Below, one piece after another: positions 58,949-64,000 of a stretch of DNA of 64,000 nt. Position numbers and translations under genes: made by a program. Each line of letters opens with the position of its first letter. Within the stretch, counting starts at the first letter, position 1. The notes beneath the pieces are model-generated. The model was not told the DNA's origin, did no database searches, and worked only from the letters and a program-made list of their open reading frames with translations. The DNA comes from Abditibacterium sp. (GTDB lineage Bacteria > Armatimonadota > Abditibacteriia > Abditibacteriales > Abditibacteriaceae), in contig CBDASK010000003.1 in the NCBI GenBank assembly GCA_965199495.1, positions 3,840,001-3,904,000 of the forward strand, given 5' to 3'.

Positions 58949-61669
58949 CTAAAACGAGCGACCGATGGCCAGCGAGACAATCGAGTTTTTCAGCGTTGGG
59001 CCGGGTTTGGTGAAGTCCGGTTGATCGGTGGAGGTGCGCAGATAGCGCGCGGTCAACGAAAATTTGCTGCTCAGATCGTAAGTCGCCGCCGCACGCACCA
59101 CGCGTTGGCGTTGGAAGCCCTGCGGGCCAGGCACATCCTGATCTTGCGAGTTCAGATCGGCGTATTGCAGTCCACCGAACAAGGTCAGTTTGGGTAATAC
59201 GCGGATGTAACCATCGAAACGCAAGTTTTCCGCGCCACCGTAAAGCGAAGGGGCAACCGGAGCAATCGCGTATCCCAACGGCGCGCCACGGTAGTAGTAG
59301 GAGTAATCCTGAGCGAAGGCGGCGCCTTGGCCGCCGCGATAAAGATAGGAAAGCGCGGCGAAGCGGGCATATTCAAAGTCAACGCCCAGACGCGCCGGAT
59401 CGGTTGGGTCGTTGTAGTGTCCGCCCACGATGGAGCCAGCGCGGTTGGCAATTGCGTTTTTCTGGTTGAGGCCCAGATCATCCAAAATAACCTCGCCATA
59501 AACCCGCGCGCCGCGCGCCACCGATACTTCGCCATAAGCGCTGACGACGGCATTCGAGTTGGATGTCACCCGATCTTTGCGCACGTTATAAAGTGGATAT
59601 GGGCTAAAGGCCGCCAGAAAATCGCTCGAACTAAAGGCTCTGCCGGGCAAAATCACCGTGGTATTGAAGCCAAATTTGGCGTCTTTGCCCACGCGCACAT
59701 TGAAATCTTGACCGTAAAAAGAGCGGTCTCCCGTCAATCCTTTGCCCAGATTGGCATATACGCCGCGCAGTTCGTAGGAGCCGCGCTTGAACGAGGTCGT
59801 GAGCGAGTCCAAGCCACCCGACGCATCCGAAATGACGCCCGTGCCGTAATGGCCCGGCCCCCACCATAATTCCTGGCGTCCCACGCGAAGCGTTAGGCCG
59901 CGCAACAACGAATTGGCGTCGTAATCCACGTAGGCTTTGCGGAACGAGTTGCTGGCGATTTGGCCGAACGGTTCGCCGTTGCGCACGGCGGTGCCCGCGT
60001 CAACCGACGCGTAAAACGAAAGTTTGGGCGTGATGGTGCCAAACACGTTGGTGCGCGTGTCCAGACCGCTTTTGCGGCGCGTCTGCCCCCAGCGCCCGTC
60101 GTTGGGATCGCGCGAGTTGTCTCCGGTATCGCCGCCGACCGCCGTCAGGCGCGTGTAGCCCGAAACGCCCAGTTGAAAACCGTCTTTGTTAAAGGCATCG
60201 AGCGTTTCGGCGGGCACGTTCAAATCCTGCAAATCGCGGCGATATTGTTTCACCAAAATCGAGAGCGCTGCGCTGTTGCGGCCCTTTTCTCCGTCGAAAT
60301 TGGAGAGCGCTTCGGCGATAAACCCAGCGACCTGCGCGCGCGAAAAGTTGATGTCTTCGGAAACGCTGTGGCGACGCGCGCCGTCGTCTTGAAAGACGCG
60401 CGCGGGCTGCGATTTGATCAGGCCGCGCGCCGCCAGACTGGCCAGCAATTCGTAGGTCGCCTCGGCCTTGGGCACGACGATGTTGGAAGCGCCGCTCTCG
60501 AACTTGACGCGTACGCTGGGAATCGGCGCATTGGGCAAACCAATCGCGGGCAAAACAACCGGCGCCTGCATGCCGCTCGATGGCGCGATTAAGCCCGCCG
60601 CATCGCCCACGCGCAGCGAACCCTGCGCGGCATCGCTATAAACAACTGTGGCCAGCGAAGTATCGGAGGCGGCGCTTTCGATGCGCACCAAACCGATGAC
60701 AGCGCCGTCGCGCAAAATCGGCACGTTCTGGCCGACTTTTGCGCCCTGTGCGGTGCCGACATCCAAAGTCACGTTTTGCGCGTCAACCGCGAGGATCGAA
60801 GCGGTGCGCCCGGAGATTTCGCCCGAAGCCATCGCTGCCTGTTTGACCGACGGCCCCGTGGGCACCCCACTGTCCGGCACGGTCGTGTCGGGCACGATCA
60901 CGGTCGGTTGCGTGGGCGTGACGACCACTTCGGGTTCGGGCGGCGCGAGCAAATCGGCGGGGATAGTTTCGATGGCGTCGAAGCGCGCGTTCTCGCCGAC
61001 GACGGGCACGAAACCTTCATCCATGTTTTGCACGCGCGCGCGCGCCGAATCGCCATTGACTTCGACGACGATCATGCGCGCCTTGGCGTCGCCAGTGACG
61101 GGCATCACGTAAACCGCGCCCAACTTCATGCCCCGATTGGTGCCCGCTCCCAGCATGATGTCCTTTCCGTTCACGCTCGTTACCAAAACCAAAGTCGGAG
61201 GTCTTTCGCTGGTATTGGTCGAATTATCAAGCGTCGGCTGTTCGGGCGGTAGCGGCGTGGCTGGAGTTAAGGGCGTGGTCGGATTCGCCGGAGTTAGGGG
61301 CGTCGCGGGGGCGGCGCCGTCGTTCATGCCGATGAAAGTCGCGGTGTCGCCGACCGTGATGACGAGCGAGCGTCCGGCGCTTTCGACCGACGAAATGCGC
61401 GCCATGGATTGGGCGGCCTGAACTTCGGTGACTTGCAATTGTACGAACTGATTGTCGCGCGCGATTTGATAGATAGCGCCGACTTGCGTGCCCTTGTCAG
61501 CGCCCGTCGAAAGCGTGACCATGTCGCCGCGCACCGCGAGGACATACGCGACATCGGGGGTGGCGGGCGTTGTGGCGTTTTGTGCGAGCGCGGCGGGCGC
61601 GAGGGCAGCCACGCCGGGCGCACCCAGCAAAGCGCACAAAAGGGGCGCGGAAATTTTACGTTTTTTCAT
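58949..61669 (-). CDS. Large outer-membrane protein: three repeated beta domains plus Wzi-like barrel
   Basis: Signal peptide, 3x V.G..V.L..G...G...G repeats with Pro/Thr linkers, GRQELWWGPG (Wzi-like), terminal Phe. Confidence 0.75.
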   Translation of the reverse strand: MKKRKISAPLLCALLGAPGVAALAPAALAQNATTPATPDVAYVLAVRGDMVTLSTGADKGTQVGAIYQIARDNQFVQLQVTEVQAAQSMARISSVESAGRSLVITVGDTATFIGMNDGAAPATPLTPANPTTPLTPATPLPPEQPTLDNSTNTSERPPTLVLVTSVNGKDIMLGAGTNRGMKLGAVYVMPVTGDAKARMIVVEVNGDSARARVQNMDEGFVPVVGENARFDAIETIPADLLAPPEPEVVVTPTQPTVIVPDTTVPDSGVPTGPSVKQAAMASGEISGRTASILAVDAQNVTLDVGTAQGAKVGQNVPILRDGAVIGLVRIESAASDTSLATVVYSDAAQGSLRVGDAAGLIAPSSGMQAPVVLPAIGLPNAPIPSVRVKFESGASNIVVPKAEATYELLASLAARGLIKSQPARVFQDDGARRHSVSEDINFSRAQVAGFIAEALSNFDGEKGRNSAALSILVKQYRRDLQDLNVPAETLDAFNKDGFQLGVSGYTRLTAVGGDTGDNSRDPNDGRWGQTRRKSGLDTRTNVFGTITPKLSFYASVDAGTAVRNGEPFGQIASNSFRKAYVDYDANSLLRGLTLRVGRQELWWGPGHYGTGVISDASGGLDSLTTSFKRGSYELRGVYANLGKGLTGDRSFYGQDFNVRVGKDAKFGFNTTVILPGRAFSSSDFLAAFSPYPLYNVRKDRVTSNSNAVVSAYGEVSVARGARVYGEVILDDLGLNQKNAIANRAGSIVGGHYNDPTDPARLGVDFEYARFAALSYLYRGGQGAAFAQDYSYYYRGAPLGYAIAPVAPSLYGGAENLRFDGYIRVLPKLTLFGGLQYADLNSQDQDVPGPQGFQRQRVVRAAATYDLSSKFSLTARYLRTSTDQPDFTKPGPTLKNSIVSLAIGRSF

Positions 61670-61763
61670 GGAGAATGATGCGGTGAAATTTGGAAATGAA
61701 GGCGCGGGAAAAGTGTCGCAAGTTTAGCCAATCGAATTTCGCGACGGCGGGAGGAAATATCAA

Positions 61764-62084
61764 TTAATCCGTTTTGGGCGCGCTGGACTCAGTTTTGGGC
61801 GCTTCCGTTTTGGTTGCGGACTGGCTTTCCGTTTTGCTCTGGCTGGGAGCCGCTTCGGTTTTTTCGGCCTTGTCCTCGCTTTTGGCTCCAGCTTTCTGGC
61901 CGCCGCTTTCGGCGCGTTTATCGGTCAGGTAAAAACCCGAACCTTTGAAAATGACGCGTGGCGGTTGGAAAACTTTTTTGGTGGGCGCGCCGCATTCGGG
62001 GCAGGGCGGGGCGGGCGAGCCGACTTCCTGCCAGAGGTCAAAGGTCGAGCCGTCGTTGGTACATTTGTATTCGTATGTGGGCAC
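61764..62084 (-). CDS. FmdB-family zinc-ribbon protein
   Basis: MPTYEYKC..CPECG..FKGSGFY.TD with low-complexity tail. Confidence 0.9.
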   Translation of the reverse strand: MPTYEYKCTNDGSTFDLWQEVGSPAPPCPECGAPTKKVFQPPRVIFKGSGFYLTDKRAESGGQKAGAKSEDKAEKTEAAPSQSKTESQSATKTEAPKTESSAPKTD

Positions 62085-62122
62085 GTCGAAAAATTAACTC
62101 CTGCGAAAATGAAAATTTAACT

Positions 62123-62857
62123 TCAAGAATTCTCGCGGTTCCTCGTAATTATATCTGAGAACGGCGACTTTATGCTGCTTTTGGGCGCGCCATCCGTTTC
62201 CCCTGCGGGCGCGCCGTGGCTATGGCCGTGAAGCGGTTCATCGCGTTCGCCCAGCGCCGCGCGCAGTTCGCGCACCCTCGCCGTCACGTCGGGCGCGTCC
62301 CACACGCCCGAAATCAGCGCGACGCCCGCCGCGCCCGCCGCCAAACACTGCGGCGCATTGTCGGCGGTAACTCCGCCGACCGCGAAAATTGGCACGCTCA
62401 CCGATTGGCAAATCGTGGCTAATGCGTCCAAACCAGCGCCGCTCTGGCCCGGATGCGAAAAGGTTTTCCAGACCGCGCCAAACAGCAAATAATCGGCGCC
62501 CTCGGCGGCGGCGCGTTGGGCGCCTTCCAAATCGTGAACCGAGCGGCCCATCGGCGTGTGAAATCCCAACGATAAGCGCGCATCGGCGACGCTGATTTCG
62601 TCTTCGGGCAAATGCAAACCTTCGGCGTGAGAGGCGCGCGTCAAGTCGGCGCGTCCCGTCAGAAACAGGCGCGCGCGAAACGCTTCGGTGCGCCGCGCGG
62701 CACGCCGATACAAATCGAGTTGCTCGCGTGGCGGCGCATCTTTTTCGCGCAGACAAAACCAACGCGCGCCGCCCTGACACGCCGCCAGCAGCGCCAATTC
62801 CCAGCTCGGCTTCATGCGCGCGCGGTCGGTGATTATCAATAATTTGGGAAAATCCAT
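62123..62857 (-). CDS. thiE: Thiamine-phosphate synthase (ThiE/TenI family)
   Basis: LIITDR, LREKD, GLHLP, GRSVH, ADYLLFG, T.SHPG, AVGG; could be the TenI paralogue. Confidence 0.8.
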   Translation of the reverse strand: MDFPKLLIITDRARMKPSWELALLAACQGGARWFCLREKDAPPREQLDLYRRAARRTEAFRARLFLTGRADLTRASHAEGLHLPEDEISVADARLSLGFHTPMGRSVHDLEGAQRAAAEGADYLLFGAVWKTFSHPGQSGAGLDALATICQSVSVPIFAVGGVTADNAPQCLAAGAAGVALISGVWDAPDVTARVRELRAALGERDEPLHGHSHGAPAGETDGAPKSSIKSPFSDIITRNRENS

Positions 62858-62936
62858 CGCGCAGAGTATGGCGAAAAATCGGAATTTTCGGACGAAATCG
62901 AGAACTCAGTCTCCCAATTATGCGAAAATTAAATCA

Positions 62937-64000
62937 ATGAATTCTCAAAAAATATCAGCCGAACTCGCTAATTTGTCCGTCGCCGCGCGCATGCAGCGCC
63001 TGACCGAACTGGGCCGCGATGCGCGCGCCGCCGACGTGATACAAAAATGGGAAAATGGTGATGGTTTCGAGCGCCGTCTGGCCCTGCAAAGCTGTTACGG
63101 CTCGCGCGATGGCGCGCGCGTGGCGCGCATGGCGGCGGACAAATCGCGTTTGACGCGTAATTTGGCCCTCACGCTGTCGGTCGAAGTCTGCGATTTGTCG
63201 CAACTCGAAGCCATTTTTGCACCGCTCAACGACAAATCGCGGTGGCATTTGTTGGTTCTTTTAATTCGCAAAAAACGCCGCGCCGATGTTGACGCGCTCA
63301 TCGAAAGCGCGCGGGGGCGCAGCGAGAATTGGCAGGTTCTACTCTCGCTCGGCTCGCAAAATTTAGTCGAGCGCCATTTCGCTGAAGCCTTCGCCAATGC
63401 CAATGCCAACGATTGGACGCGTCTGGCGCGCGCCCATCCGCGTTGGGCGCTGGAAAAATTAACGGCGCGCGTAAATGCGCAAACCGCGCCCGATGAAACG
63501 ATTCGCGGCCACGCCAATGCGGCGATGCGCGTCGCCGCGCATCGCGCGCCCGACGAAGCGTTGCAACTGATTCACGCCCTGACGACGCACGAACCACTGG
63601 CGCGCATCGAAATCGCGCCGCTGCTCAACTATCGCCCGCAGCAAGTCGCGCAATTGGTTCTCGACAACGACGAAGCGCCCGAATCGCGCGCACCGGTTCA
63701 AACGCCGTGGGGTTACTTGCAAACGCCCAATCGCGCGCTCGATTTTTCGCGTTTGGTGCCGCGCTTGCCGCTCGCAATTACGCTCGCGCTCGCCGAATAT
63801 CGTCCGGCGAATCTCGGCACTTTAACTTCGCATTTGAAAGCCATTTCGCCCGCCGTGCGCGGCAGTTTGTTCGCGAAATTGGGACGCAGTTGGCGCAACT
63901 CCAACGGCGAAATCGCGGCGAACATCGTCGCGCTCTTGCCGCCACCGTTTCGCGAGGCCGAAGCGCGGCGCCATTTGAAGTTGCCCTCATTAGTAGCCAC
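62937..64000 (+). CDS. Large alpha-helical hypothetical protein, 5' part (runs off window; not in ORF track)
   Basis: Open frame from ATG 62937 (MNSQKISAELANL...DWTRLARAHP...) to the window end without a stop; native codon usage. Confidence 0.8.
   Translation, partial: MNSQKISAELANLSVAARMQRLTELGRDARAADVIQKWENGDGFERRLALQSCYGSRDGARVARMAADKSRLTRNLALTLSVEVCDLSQLEAIFAPLNDKSRWHLLVLLIRKKRRADVDALIESARGRSENWQVLLSLGSQNLVERHFAEAFANANANDWTRLARAHPRWALEKLTARVNAQTAPDETIRGHANAAMRVAAHRAPDEALQLIHALTTHEPLARIEIAPLLNYRPQQVAQLVLDNDEAPESRAPVQTPWGYLQTPNRALDFSRLVPRLPLAITLALAEYRPANLGTLTSHLKAISPAVRGSLFAKLGRSWRNSNGEIAANIVALLPPPFREAEARRHLKLPSLVA

Noticed and set aside
1185..61613. CAGCCACG as a Chi or KOPS site
   Set aside because: 22 versus 24 copies per strand, interspersed with no polarity or switch point; disfavoured but needs genome-wide confirmation

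Overview
A 64-kb, GC-rich (roughly 55-60% by eye) chromosomal segment. Gene content and style suggest an Armatimonadota/Abditibacterium-like bacterium; this is an inference and was not verified. It carries housekeeping genes (smc, obgE, hslU, rbsK, tpiA, pgk, pth, trpF, mdh, thiE, a catalase, ilvA/tdcB, gmhA, gmd), three tRNAs (Cys-GCA, Gln-CTG, Met-CAT), a ~13.5-kb surface-glycan cluster, one IS701-family element, a PIN-domain toxin-antitoxin module and several small genes missing from the ORF track. The strongest unexplained signal is a non-palindromic octamer, CAGCCACG (often GCAGCCACG). I counted at least 46 copies by hand, about 1 per 1.4 kb, split evenly between strands, read in several frames and sometimes paired as hairpins. 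This pattern resembles a DNA-uptake-sequence-like signature. Intergenic spaces hold at least six unrelated families of long inverted-repeat elements whose two arms co-vary within each copy. Two accessory inserts are bracketed by diverged duplications of native sequence, one a gene 3' end and one a terminator, and the antitoxin is interrupted by an in-frame TAA.
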